This document shows, piece after piece, positions 41,124 through 54,567 of a DNA stretch of 64,000 nt. The notes below the pieces were generated by a model. It was not told the origin of the DNA and made no database searches. It saw only the letters and a list, made by a program, of their open reading frames with translations. Source of the stretch: Adineta vaga (Eukaryota; Animalia; Rotifera); NCBI GenBank assembly GCA_021613535.1, contig CP075492.1, positions 11,408,001-11,472,000 of the forward strand. Direction: 5' to 3'. A program made the translations under genes and the position numbers. Numbering within the stretch: the first letter of the stretch is position 1; every line of letters begins with the position of its first letter.

Positions 41124-43267
41124 AGTAATTTAGTCGTTTTATTATTTATTGCTTTCTCTGTTTTGGTTGTTTTTATATCTTTCTTTTACAGTATTGGATA
41201 ATTAGAGGAAACGATAATGACAAATGACAAGGTGAGTAAAATAACGCAAGCGTAACGTAATGAAAATGTAGGTGTGAGTAAATTAGCTCACGTTCGGTGC
41301 TTTTTCCGTTCGAGAATGAAAAACGAAAAAAGTTCAAGCAAAGGAAATGGTTTGAGACGTCAGACGACAACGACGACGAAAAATATGATGTTTATTTAGA
41401 CTTCAACTCGCTGTTCTCTTCTTCTTCTTCTTCTTTTACGTCTTTTTTTTCTCGTCATACAGGTAAAAGAAAAAAGACCTGAGCCGATAAGTGTCCTCTC
41501 TTTCTCCTCCCCTCCTTCTCTACTACTTTCTTACTGTTCTTTTCTATTGTACATCATATTCGCGTGGGTTTCGCATGCTCCGATGTCTATTTTTTTTTGT
41601 ATTTCAGTCTATTGTGTCCGATTGCATGCTTGCTTGAATGCAGACAATAAGGTGTCTACTAGTTCATTTTTTCTTTTGGGAAGGTTGTCATCATAAAAAA
41701 AGAACGACGGAGACGATGGGAAAAAGAGACATATTTATATTCATCATATAACTAATCATCGAAACCATATGATTGTGTAGAGTCCACTCACGGGATACTA
41801 GAGTAAAGAAAGAAAACTGATTCAACATTTGTATGCTTTTGTTACGCGTTACGTCGTTATGTTTAACAAAACATTGCGAATAAAAATAACAAAAAAAAGT
41901 AGAAATGGATATTTTATCCTGTTTGATCCTATTCTTTGTATTGTCTTGTGTACCTGTCTATACGTAGAGGCGATGAATGAACTCGATAATGAAATTCCAC
42001 ACATTCTTCGTTTTTTGCTTTTAGTATGATTACGAAATATTACAAAAGAAAGTTTTCTATTCGTTTTTCGTTGTGATACTAACCTCGTCAAAATAATGAT
42101 AATTTGATGATGATGACATTTGACAATGACAGGTACATAAGTTAAGAAAACCAAAGTATTTGCTCATGAGTTGTTGTGTTCGTCGTATTGCTAGTAACAT
42201 TTGTTTGTCATAGTTTTTTTTCCTCCTATGGAAAAAAAAGGAAAGTGATGATCATGTTCAGTTTGCGTAAATATGTGCGTCTTCATTTTGACCGGGTGAA
42301 CGATGCTATCGGCAAAAAAAGAGAAAGAGAGGACGAAAGAGGGTGAGTGAGTGAGTGAGTGAATAAAGAAGAAAGTACTATAGCTTCTTTTTTTTGCGCT
42401 CGTGAAATTAGAGTGTTGCTCTATATAACAACATAACTATCTCTATACAAAATTTCCCCATTGGCGTTCGTCTTTCGTTGACTGAATACTTATCATGACG
42501 TTTATGCAACAATTGATGTTGGATTGAAAAGCGAAAGAAAATCAAATCGATGTAACAATCAAAACAAATACATACTCACAAATCCCTCTAGTATTGTCTT
42601 TTTCATTTCAATTTCTAACAAGATATGAGAATCAACGAGATTTATTCTGACGTAATATGTCCTTCGGATTTCTAATTTTATTTTCTTCAAAATTACATCC
42701 AGATCTAAATTCTTATCTATGTCATCATAGAATATCGAACATGACTTTATATATATGTATAAATCTAATTCTTCATTTACTTTTGATATATCAAATGTTC
42801 GTTTCTTCGAACGATGTTTTATCTCGATAAGTATCATTTGAATATTCTCGATTTGAACAATTCTATTTATGAATAGATACAAACAAACTGACGATAGAGA
42901 GACAAAAAATAGAACCAAAGAAAAAACAACAATAATCAGTTAGTGGTGATGAATAAAGCGTAGACAGAGAGTGATAGAAAAGAAAACAATGATAAGTAGA
43001 CAACATCAGTTTTGATTATTGAATAAATAGAGACGAAATTCGAGTGGCACTGTTCGGATGAGTCAGTAACGTCGCACAAAAAAAGAAGGAGACGAGAAGA
43101 AGAGGAAGAAAAGATTCGAAATGTCAATCTCATCTGAACGGTGCAATAAAGCTCGAAATTTTTCAAAACACAAAGAAAAGAAACACCAATGTGAGCAAAA
43201 GATTCCTGAGATCTAGGTACAGATTTGCAACGAGAAAGAAAAAGTACACACAACGATAATTGTATTT

Positions 43268-44962
43268 TTAACGTAAAACAGGTGTTTGTAAAAGAAGTTC
43301 ACTATCTGCAGAAACAATCGGAATATTTCCTGATTTATGATATGAGATCAAATGTTGGATGGAATCAAATTCATAATCTTTTGTACGAATCTAATTACAA
43401 AAAAAGGATTTAATGAGATTAGAAATTCGAATTTTTCTCAAAACTTACAGTTCCTTCTGGATCAACGAGAAGTAAATGTTTAAATTGATCCTTATAACGA
43501 CCTGAGAGAATAAATTGACCAGGAATTTTCGCACTTTCACGTACAAGAAAATCTCCAGTATTGTGTAATAATAATTCAGCCTAGAGCAAAAGGAGAAAAA
43601 AAAGTTGATTATCATGATTGGAAATATTCTCTCGCAAAAAAACAAGAAGAAAACAGAATTGCATTAATACAATATTTACTTCATCACGACCAATCTTTCC
43701 GTGAAACCATTTTTCTTTATATACATCCGGACTTGTCGTTGAATTCCATTTTCCTAAATGATACAAAGATGTACTTAATCAAAGTTCAGCAGATGTTTCA
43801 TTTTCTTTAATTATGATCATTCACAGATTGATATCACTTGATTTTTCTTTGTTTATATAAGTATAATTAATCAAGAAAAAAAGGCAATAGAAAGATAACA
43901 GATTATCTCAACATTAGAAATTTGATGCACAGAAGTCTTTTATCATAACCATGAACTATCGAGTGTAGACAGAAGGAAAAGAATACACAACTGTTCATCA
44001 GTATATAGACATACCCTGAATTTGATGTTGTTGATTATTACTAGGAATAGAATGATTGGTAATATCGTCTCGCTTCTAATCAAACACAAAGATTTTTGAA
44101 ATTTTTCTTTTAGTATAAATTTATGTCATACCTTCGAGAGAAATTCATCATGTTCAAACGACTTTATCGATCTGAAGAAAAAAATAGATAAAACATAAAT
44201 TGAAAGGTTTTTCTTCCTCTTATACCCTTGTTGTTGTGTTTGCATGTATTCATTATATCGTAATTCAAATGCTTGACCAATTGTTGTAATCACATCTAAT
44301 GATTCATTTTCTTTACATGAAAGAACATGACATGAACGTTTGTTCGTATTATCTTTCGCAACATAAGCTACATAATCTTTTGTGTCCTAAAATTCAATAA
44401 AATCAAACTAATTAATTGACTCTATTTGAATTCTTACGTGTTCGCCTGCACTTGCAAATGATATTCCTTCCATTTTATGTGAGAAAAAGATTTGTGAATC
44501 ACTCGAACGTTTTAATACAAGTGAATCGGTATTGATTGTTAATTGAACAGGTGTATGACTATGTGTCAAATTGGGTTCTGCTGAAATCATTGATTGTGTT
44601 ACGGATGATGGTTGTTCAGTCTAGAAAAATACATTTAATTAAAATTGTTGACTAATAACAAACAAAAGAGAAGATTTCATTGTCATACTTTACGTCGTTC
44701 TTTTAATGAAACACCAACTGCTGTACAAATTAAACGAATTGAATCTCGTGCAACTCGTGTACGATTATCGAAATCAAGTGTTTTCATTGAACAGAGAACT
44801 TCGACTGATCCGAGATACTAGAAAATAAACAACAACAGCAACAACAACTTCTTCAATACATTCATTTTCAATTCTTACTATAACATTATAACCAACGCCA
44901 TGACCTGATAGAAGATCTGTATCTGAATGTAACCAACGTGTATCATCATCTATATTTGTCAT
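43268..44962 (-). CDS. SHC1: SHC adaptor protein (PTB plus SH2)
   Basis: WLHSD...GVGYNV|[27 protein letters not shown]; [13 protein letters not shown]; DYVAYVAKD; [15 protein letters not shown]2: WFHGKIGR...GDFLVRES...PGQFILSG...[11 protein letters not shown]|[18 protein letters not shown]...[15 protein letters not shown]. Confidence 0.93.
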
Positions 44963-45959
44963 TGTCAATGAAGATAAAACCATCCAAAACACAACGAAAG
45001 AAAAGATCAAGCTGTAGTCAACAAATGAACTTGAGAGAATGATTGACACTCTAATTTACATACTCTTCCTCCTCGTCGTTTATGTCGAGAGGGTAACAGA
45101 AAGAATGGATGGTCAACATTTTTTTCGAGTTAGATATTTGTCGACAATAGATGTCAGACAATTCCTGATGTTTGATCTGTTCATAGAGTAAAGAGAAAGA
45201 AAACTACCTAGAAACAATGAATACCATTCGAGATAAAAAAAATTAAAAAAAAAAGCAAGATCTGTTCATTTATTTCCTTAATTCAAATCGTTCATATAAA
45301 TAATCTTATATTTCTCAAGTGCGAAGTTCTTTTATTGATCACTACATTGAGTTTCTTCACTCATAGATAAAACCTATCAATTTCAATTAAAAAAATATAT
45401 AGTAATCCTTGAATCCTATAGGATTAACTTTCCCTCGATATAATCCTTTCTTAGAAAATTCTATCGGATACTTTCTTTGTTCTCTTTGTTACAATGGACA
45501 AAGTTCCATTAGCATACAGCAAGAACAAGTTTTGCATTTCTCAACTAAATCTCACGTTCATGATGTTGTCTGTTCAATATTTGTATTTGAGAGAAAAGTT
45601 TAGAACAATAATGATCATTTAGTTCTAAAGGAAACAAATAAATTACATGTTTGTAACATTCATTAATAGAAAAAGGAACTTGAGCGTTAAAAATTGATGT
45701 CGTTAATAATGAACATGACAGCAGATTTTCTATAGAAATTCAACTAATTTCTTTTTATTCTTTATCAAAGCTTAAAATTTGAGATTCTCAGATTAAAATT
45801 TCTGCATAGGATCTACTATATATAAATATATTATTTATTAAATTTTCTTTTTTTTCTCACATACAAATATACGAACAAAAAAACCAAAGTTTATTATATA
45901 TATATGTATACGAATGAGACAGTGAGAGAGAGAAAGAGAGACACTAGGATTTTTGGAAT

Positions 45960-48227
45960 CTATTTCCATGGTAATTTAAATGGTAATTTCTCCGAAATTG
46001 TGTTCAATGCATTGGTAGCCATTTTAACTGGATCAAAACCTAAATAAACAAACGAATGAATGATAATGATGACAAAAAATACAATGAAAAACTTACTATC
46101 GTCATCATCTGGTAATGGAATTGGTCCTTTTTTATCTGCTGTTAATCGTCCTTCGCAAGGTGGTGGAAGTGCACATGCTTCTTCTTTTTTCTTGATATTA
46201 TACTTTAAACAAAAATATATAGATTGTTATCAAACTATTTCCTTTCGTGCACATAAAAAGAAAGAAAAGAACAGCTTCAAGATAGAATGTCATGACTTTG
46301 TTTAAAATTAAAAACGTTTTTTTAGGTGTATCGAAGTGTTTTATCATGAAAGGTCCACGAGGTATATTTCAGTACCTAATCCATTTTGATAGATTGAAGA
46401 TATGTGGAAATTGTTTTGACATCGTCAATTTAGAGTTACTAATATTTGTCAGAATATTTGAATTCAAATAAAATATAGCGTGCTCGAATTATTTCATGAC
46501 ATGGATGAAGAAAAGACAGAAGGAAATCCATGAAATACTTCATTTCTTTCGAATAAATTATTTAAAGAAAAAACATATGGTATGAGTTTACCTTTTCTCT
46601 GATACCTTGACGAACTTCTTCTCTTTGTCGTTCCATTTTCGCATATTTTGCATCACGTTTCTCTTCAGCTTCACGTCGAGCTTCGGCGACCTAAGAAAAT
46701 TTATCAAATGAAAAATGTGTTCATCCTCATGTTAATTTTAATTTTATAAATGTCAATTAAAGTATTAATTCAAGCGTTAAATAGGAAATCAGATATTAGT
46801 TATCTAGTTATTCTCATAGAAACGTACCGTAAATGATTCTACCATACTTTTTCGACGAAGAACACTCGGTGTTGACGAAGGTGATGATGATGATGATTTC
46901 GTAAATGGTGGTACGAGTGAAAATCGACGAGTCAAATTGGAAGAAGGTGTCGAGAGAAAGATCGAACTAACATTTAATTTATCCATCGGCCTCACTTAGA
47001 GGAAAGAATCTTGAGCCTTTTTTTGTGAAGAAATAAATGAATATTTGAAAAAAAATATTAGTCAAACTAATGATGATAGAGTACGAAGCGATAAGAAAAA
47101 TATGGTGATGTTAGAAAAGAAGAGAATGTCATTCCATTCATTGAGCGTTCACTTAAAAAAGAAGAGAAGAAAGAGAAACTATGTAGAAAACATGAAAAAA
47201 GGGAGAAAATTAGACAGGAGGAAAAGAAGGCGGAAAGTCAAAACAGACATACTTAAAGACTTAGATAATTCGATATCATCGTTGATCTCATCTCAAATGA
47301 ACTAATAAAAAAAATCATCTATATCGTTTGTTAAAAGACAAGATAGTTTGATAAAGAACACAAGAAGTAGATATATGATGATGATGATGATGATGTGTAA
47401 ATAAATATTCAAAAGAACTTCTCACTCTATAGAAATCATTGAAGATTCAATCGAGCAAAAACAACGTTGAAAAGCTTTTGGTAATGACGTGCATGTGAAT
47501 AAGGATAGAAAATGAAAAGAAAAGATGCATACAGCAAACTTGTTTCTTTCTTTTTTCTTCGTCTTCTCCTATCATTCTTATTCGAAAATATCGAAGAATT
47601 GTTAATTATTAAACATATTCTTTGACAACCATAATAATAGAATTGATGATGACAAATAACGCACATATATCTATCGAAAGAGATAGTTTTACTTTACCTC
47701 TGGATCTTCTTCATCATTTCCACCCTCCTTCTTATCGCCATCGCCACCAGTCAATTCTAGAAGAAAGAAATAAAATAAGATTTCGATCAACACACTTTTT
47801 AATCATCGTTTGTTCCGGAAAAATAAATTGTCTGACATTGTCCATTTATTTTGATGTGCGAACACATCATCGAAATATTAGCTTCAAGTAAATTAACATT
47901 GTAGAACTCTGACTAAAAACGGTAATTTGATTAAGAACAACTATTAAAACAACGATTCTTTCGAGCATCTTAGCGATGACTAGAGGGTAAAAACTAGAAC
48001 CATCGATCTTGTATGTCGCGTTTCTTATTTCCTCTTGAATAGTAAATTGAAATTTGAAAATGTCAGATACAGATCGATAAATGCATCAATGAAGCAATTC
48101 TAATCGAATTGTACTCATGAGAAAGATTTGTTTTCTATTTTTCTGTTGTTGTTATTGTTTCAATAATCTTACCTTTGACTTTATCTAATTGAGATCCCAT
48201 CATTTGCTTCATAATAAACGATGCCAT
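45960..48227 (-). CDS. CPLX: Complexin (5 coding exons)
   Basis: MASFIMKQMMGSQLDKVK|ELTGGDGDKKEGGNDEEDPE|VAEARREAEEKRDAKYAKMERQREEVRQGIREK|YNIKKKEE...|GFDPVKMATNALNTISEKLPFKLPWK*. Missed by the ORF track. Confidence 0.92.
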
Positions 48228-49871
48228 GATGATTTTGTAATTATGTACAGATCGTTAGATAGAATATATTAATATAAAACTAAAATAAGAAGAAATAGAA
48301 GAAGAAAATCTATCAGATAAAAGTATCAACTAAAGCTGCTTCAACAGATGTAAGTAGTGACAAAAATTCTGTTCACTCAGTATATTAACCTTTTTTTTTC
48401 TTTCGTCGTATTTTCCTTTCTACTACTTCTTTTTTTTCTTCTTCTTTTCTATTCTTCGTTTCTCGCTAGAAGTATTTCTACCGTCGGCAAGTTGACAACG
48501 TACGTCTCTTGCACTTGTTTTTCATGTCATCGTCTTTTCGGTAAAGAGTTATCTTATTCTACTCCGCTTCTCATCATAGTCAACTATCAACAATATATAA
48601 CTATTAATATGAGAATAGCATTCTTTTTTTTGTGATCATCATAATGAAAAAAGGAAATGCCAAGCATAGAAAAAAATTTCTATAGTATAGTTGACAATGT
48701 CGACAGCAGAAAACGTTTAGAACTACTAGTTTGTTCTTTACTAGAGACGTATAAGCCTTCTATGTCATCCTATTTGTTATGGAAAACGACAGGGTGTTTT
48801 TCTTTCTAATCTTCTTGTGATGTGTATAATCAATTAAAACTATCGTCGAAAAGAAGAAGAAGAAGAGAAAAAAAGAAAATAGTTTTTCAGTTCTATTTAA
48901 CAGGACAGGAGCTGTCATTATTCGTAGAGAAATCAAGGAAAAGATATTATTTCATTGACTAAGATGATTGTAACGAGTAGAAATAAAACAATGTTAGATT
49001 CCATCTCCAAAGAGGAAATATTATAAGGAACGAATCATGTGCTCAATGACGAGAGTCGATCAAGCGATGAGATAGATAGTTAGCAAGGAAAAACGTCAAG
49101 AGAAGAGAAGAGAAGAGAAGAGAAGGGAAAAAAGAAAGAACTGAAAACCATTCATTGGCGTATGTCATACTACGAATGTCTCTCTTCCATGTATAGAGGT
49201 CCTTGCTTCTCATTGAAATCTATCTATTAATTAAGTAAATCTGTGACACTAATATATCTACACCAAATAATCAAAGCTAGAAATCAGAAAATAACTTGGT
49301 TGAGTTAGTTGTTTTCTAGACTTTGTCCGTAGAGAAAAAGCAAAATGAACTTGATAAAGAATGCTTCTTTCTTTCCTTTTTTTTGTTCCAAACGATTGTC
49401 TGATCGACAAAATCAGTTACACAAGAGAAGAAGAAAAATGGTGTGAAAGACATTTGATTATGAAAGAACTGCTTCGTCGTGCCTCACTACTCCATTTTTT
49501 CTTCTTCTTCTTCTTCTTCTTCTTCTCCCTCTCTTTTTTTGCAACATCGACGAGTACAATGGCACTGTCGTCGTCGTCGTCGTTGTCAATACTGCAACTA
49601 TTCAAAAAATCAAAAAGACTTTCTTTTATTGTTGCATATATTGAGATCCAATTGCCTTCCATTACAACGTGCCTCTCGCACATATATTCCAATAAGCAAA
49701 GAAATCATTCAAACATATTTTGTAATGAACCAATCGATCATTCATAAATAAAATAAATAAAACTTTGTTTTCCAAATATCAATTCAATCAAGCAGAGAAA
49801 ATCAACATTGATCATAAATGTTTTTTTTTGTTGTTGAAGCAAAAAATGGAACAAAATTGTTTTTTAGTTAA

Positions 49872-50401
49872 TTAATCAAATCCTTCAATAGGCCATTTGA
49901 ATTTCTTATGTATTGATTCTTGACCACGAGTATATTTACCAAATTTTTCCAATGTACAATTTTTATCATTGGTTCGCCAACCGATTTCATTACTTGTTGT
50001 CGTTGGAACTGGTCGTGGTGATGGACAAACAGTGACATGTTGTTGAGGTAGTTCATTCAGATTTTCTTTCGGTTTTGTTAACGACGGATCCGCACGAGCT
50101 AATAAAGCTCTTGGCGATCGTTTTGGATCGTATGCGGTAACCTATTAAAGATTGATATAAAGAACAAGGATTGCTAAAACAAGGAAAACATGCCTGAGGT
50201 TGAAGACCATTAAGAAAACCCCATTTTTCATCGTGAGTTTTTTGTGCGTAATCAATTTTCGATATATGATCTTTCCTTGAAAATATATTCAGATAATTAG
50301 AGATATCAATAGTTACGAATTAACTAATTTTACCAGATATTATCTTTGACAACATAGGATCTTTTATCGTTATACTGATCAGTTTTTGTTGATGTTGCCA
50401 T
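49872..50401 (-). CDS. CIMIP1: Ciliary microtubule inner protein 1-like (C20orf85/LLC1 family), 3 exons
   Basis: YVVKDNIWKDHI...EKWGFL...PSPRPVPTTTSNEIGWR...LEKFGKYTRGQESIHKKFKWPIEG*. Intron 2 is GC-AG (50142-50193). Confidence 0.75.
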
Positions 50402-51048
50402 TTCTTTTTTTTTGCGTAGTAATAATAACAATAAAATCGATGTGAAATGCAGCAAGAGAGAAACAAATGAGAGAGAGAGTGAGAGTGAGAGCATAAAAAG
50501 AAAGAAAGAAATCTGATCGAAAAGAAATGGCGTATGTCAACAGAATAATAACAACAGTATAGAAAAGTAAATGAAATGATTAAAAGAAAAAGGAAAAAAT
50601 TTAGGCCATCTGATTAATTTCTTGTTCGAAGCATTCATTTTTCTTCGTTCTTGTCATTATTATCTCAAAAATAAAGGAACTAACACAGTTATTGAACAAT
50701 ATCTATGAAAACTAATGTTGAATTGGGTAGGTTCCATTTAGATCATAATGATTCTGATTATTAATGTCAATCATTTCCATATTGTTGTCTATAGATATAG
50801 TTGACATTGAGAAAAGAAAAACGAGCATAAATTTTAATGTTTTAACATTACCATTAAGATTCCCGTCAGCAACATAGCTTGACAGCTTTCGATTTGTCTT
50901 CTAGTCGTTACGGCTTCCGCCTCCATTGATCTTAGCAAATCATTCAAGGAAAAAAATGGGAAGAAAAGAAAAATACTATGATAAATCAGATTGTTATTTC
51001 ATTTATAGTCGACATTGACTGTTAGTTTGAGCTGCAAAACATCTCCAA

Positions 51049-52284
51049 ATGGCATCAGAACAAACGGATGATGATATTTTTCTTGATTCGCCAACGAATA
51101 AACATAATCGATTCTTTCCTTCATCACCTAAATCATTGCCTATGAAACGTAATCTAGATTTAACATGTTCGATTTGACTTTTCGACTTATTGGAAACATA
51201 TATAATTGACTATTTTTAGGCGATATTGTTACTCCATTAACACGTCAAATGAAATCATCTTCATTTTCAGTGCAAGAAAATGGTGAAAACGAACGACATA
51301 CATCACTTCGTCGACGACCAAGTGTCCTAGATGAAAAAGCTTTACGTGAAGCGGATACAAAATCAGTACGTGATCAACGAATACAAGCAATTAGTCGAAG
51401 TTATCAAGGAATTCTTGAAAGTATTGGAGAAGATCCCACACGACAAGGTCAAATATTCATATTCATCTTAGTTTCTTAGTCTGATGATTTTTCTTCTAGG
51501 TCTTCTTAAGACATCAAAACGTGCGGCTGAAGTATGTAGAAAATGATATTTTGCATAGGAGAAGAAAAGTTGTTTATTTTAGGCATTGGTTTTTTTTACA
51601 AAAGGTTATGAACAAACAATTCGAGATGTTGTTAGTGATGCTATTTTCGACGAAGATTGCGAAAATATGGTTGTTGTCAAAGAAATCGATATCTATTCTT
51701 TATGCGAACATCACATGTACAAAGCCAAGTGTTTGTCTTCTTACAATTTTTAATTAAAATCATTTTTCTTTAGGGTTCCTTTCTTTGGTAAAGTATCAGT
51801 TGGTTATTTACCCAATAAACGAGTTTTAGGTCTGAGTAAAATTGCAAGGTAATTGATTGAGAATCTATTGATTTGGATTTCTTTGGAAAGAATTAGTGTT
51901 TTTTTTTTAAGAATTGTCGAAGTATTCAGTCGCCGATTACAAGGTATGTCAAGTGCAAAAATAGGAATAGCTTTTTATTCAATCGTTCATATTTTAGTAC
52001 AAGAACGATTGACACGACAAATTGCAGAAGCTATTGCCGAAGCAATTGAACCAAAAGGCGTAGCTGTCATTGTTGAATGTCTGTAAGTAGAACAATGAAA
52101 AACAAAATATTTGATAAATATATAGAAAATTTTTACTGCTTTGTTAAGACATATGTGTATGATCATGCGAGGTGCACAAAAGGTTAATTCACGAACAACA
52201 ACATCTGCTATGCTTGGAGTCTTTCGTGAAGATCCAAAAACACGAGAAGAATTTTTAACACTTGGTCAAATTAAGCCCTTTTAA
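51049..52284 (+). CDS. GCH1: GTP cyclohydrolase I
   Basis: [32 protein letters not shown]; [15 protein letters not shown]; [24 protein letters not shown]; HMCMIMRG; [16 protein letters not shown]. Confidence 0.97.
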
Positions 52285-52981
52285 TTGACAAATGAATTTT
52301 TGTAATCTATCAATTAAAACGAAATACATGTCATCTGTATAGAAGAAGATCTAAGTTAATGACTAAGAACTTTGTCATCATTTTTTCAATGCTTCTATTT
52401 ATACTTACATCCATATATATATAATTCCTTGTAATAGAACAGTAACAATTTCAAATGTGATCGTATCAACCTGTTAGATGTCGAAAAACAAAATGATACA
52501 TCTTTCTCAATTATCTTCAAGAATTTCACAATTAAGGTCATGTTGATCATTGTGTTCAATGACGCAGAGAATTGTTTTTTTTACCAATATATGTATCTAT
52601 CCGGTAATTATCTATAATTAATCTATCAATATTTTTATCAACTATATCAAATATTCAAACAACTGTAAATATACTATTATGATATGATAATATTGTATAC
52701 TAACTAATCTTACAGAATATTCATTGAAAGAATTGAGAATGATAGTGAGTAACTTGTCGGTTAATAGAATCTTTACAGATATCAATAATTTTCTGAACTT
52801 CCGGATCAAGATGTATATTTAGTTTCATTGTTACTACCAATTCATATAATTTGATCTTGTTGTATATATAGTATACATTGTATTTCAAATAATTTTAACT
52901 ACAGATACTAGAACATGCAAGAAAACAAAAGAAAAGGAAAAGAAAAAAAAATGTGTCATCGAGAATCCATTCTTTTTTATT

Positions 52982-54567
52982 TTAATCTCTCATTCTCGGT
53001 TCTGTTTTAATATCAGTTGATAGAAATCTTTCTTGATTCATGTGATGATAGATTTGATGATGATGATGATTTTCTTGTATATCTGATTCAATATTTCTTG
53101 ATTGATGATCTTCATTAATACTATTATTATTATTATGAGTTTTGATCTAATCAAAAAAGATGAATTAAATTTTGTTTTTCTAATCAATATCACATACATG
53201 TTTACTGAGATGATCACTTCTCATAAAACGTTTTCCACATATTTGACAAGCGAATCGTTTTTCACCTAAAATAAAAACGAAGAAAATCTTCATTTTGATC
53301 AAAGAGGAAAGAGAAAGAAGAGAGGGGCGTATGCCATGATAAACATCTCTATACATTCGTTCGAAGTTAATTATCATGCATTCTTCCGATTAGTCTTCCG
53401 TGGGTGGACAAGATAAATCGTCAAGTACTTCATTTATTTTAATGTAGTGAAGATGAGCAAAAATGATCATGTGTCAAATTTTCATACCTGTATGTGTTCG
53501 AGAATGTCGTTGAAGTTCATCACTACGAGTAAACCGTTTACCACAAAATAACCATGTGCATACAAATGGTCGTTCACCTTGAAAATAAAAGAGAAAAAAG
53601 AAGGTTGAAAATGAAATTAGCTCTGGATTTGTATAGTTTACCTGTATGCCAACGTAAATGTGCTTTGAGATGTGATGTTTTATTATATTCTTTTCCACAG
53701 CCTGGTATATGACAGCTATGAATATTTCTTTTTCGTGCATTTGATCCAGTAATGTAACCTAAACGGTCAGCTTCTCGACAATTAGGACAATCACATTGAG
53801 CACGACTTGTTTTCGGTTTCTTTATTGAACTGTTCGAATTCGTATTGTTAGCATTGTTATTATTATTATTGTTGCTGTTGTTGTTGTTGTTGTTAGTTGT
53901 CGAAGATTGAGTTGTTGCAGATGGAGAAGATGTATGAGATGAGACGATAGATGGATAAAATAACCGAAATTCAGGTCGGTAAGAATCATTATATGGATGA
54001 CCAACGGAAAGAAAATCATTGTAATGTGTTGATTGAATATGTGGAGGATATTGACCGTTAGTTGGAGTGGAAAATAATGATGGAGGTGGAGGCGTTTGTT
54101 GTTCATTATGATTTAGAATAGGCGGAGTTTGACTGGCTGTAAACCATGAATGATGATGATGATGAATATCCATCCAAGCTGATTGTGACGAAAGTGTTGT
54201 CGAAGAATTTTCTTTTAAATGTCCATTACCATTTGATAAAGAATGATCATAAGGATTGATTCGTGTAAAAGATGAAGTAAGTTCAGGATCAGGATAGATT
54301 GATGGACTTGAAATTGTTTTTTTCCATGCATAGAAACCCGTTTTTGATGGAGATAAAGGTGGACTAGAATTGATTGATTGAATTTTATTACATTGTGCAG
54401 CTAACATAGCCAATGGGTTGACATTTGTCATAGTTAATTCCTTTAGAAAACAGAAGAAAGAGATTTACATGATCTTCTATTCTATTGTTTGAGATACAAA
54501 AAAAAACTCTATGGGACATCAATGATTATATTTTTTAACCTACCAAATTGTTATTTGTTGCTGCCAT
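52982..54567 (-). CDS. SP9: Sp-family C2H2 transcription factor of the Sp6-9 (Sp8/Sp9) group
   Basis: Sp box [20 protein letters not shown], buttonhead box CDCPNC. Three fingers: [26 protein letters not shown] / [23 protein letters not shown] / [21 protein letters not shown]. Confidence 0.88.

Noticed and set aside
41200-43250. ORFs between PTPN9 and SHC
   Set aside because: Composition-driven Phe/Leu/Ser-rich frames in UTR or promoter DNA with no splice-consistent model.
49097-49585. (AGAAG)n, (TTC)n and (TCG)n runs and overlapping ORFs
   Set aside because: Ordinary microsatellites producing spurious poly-F/K/S frames.
36569-54567. PTPN9-SHC and complexin-GCH1-Sp6-9 as functional gene clusters
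   Set aside because: Spacers are kb-sized and the adjacency can be chance; no evidence beyond the motif reported separately.
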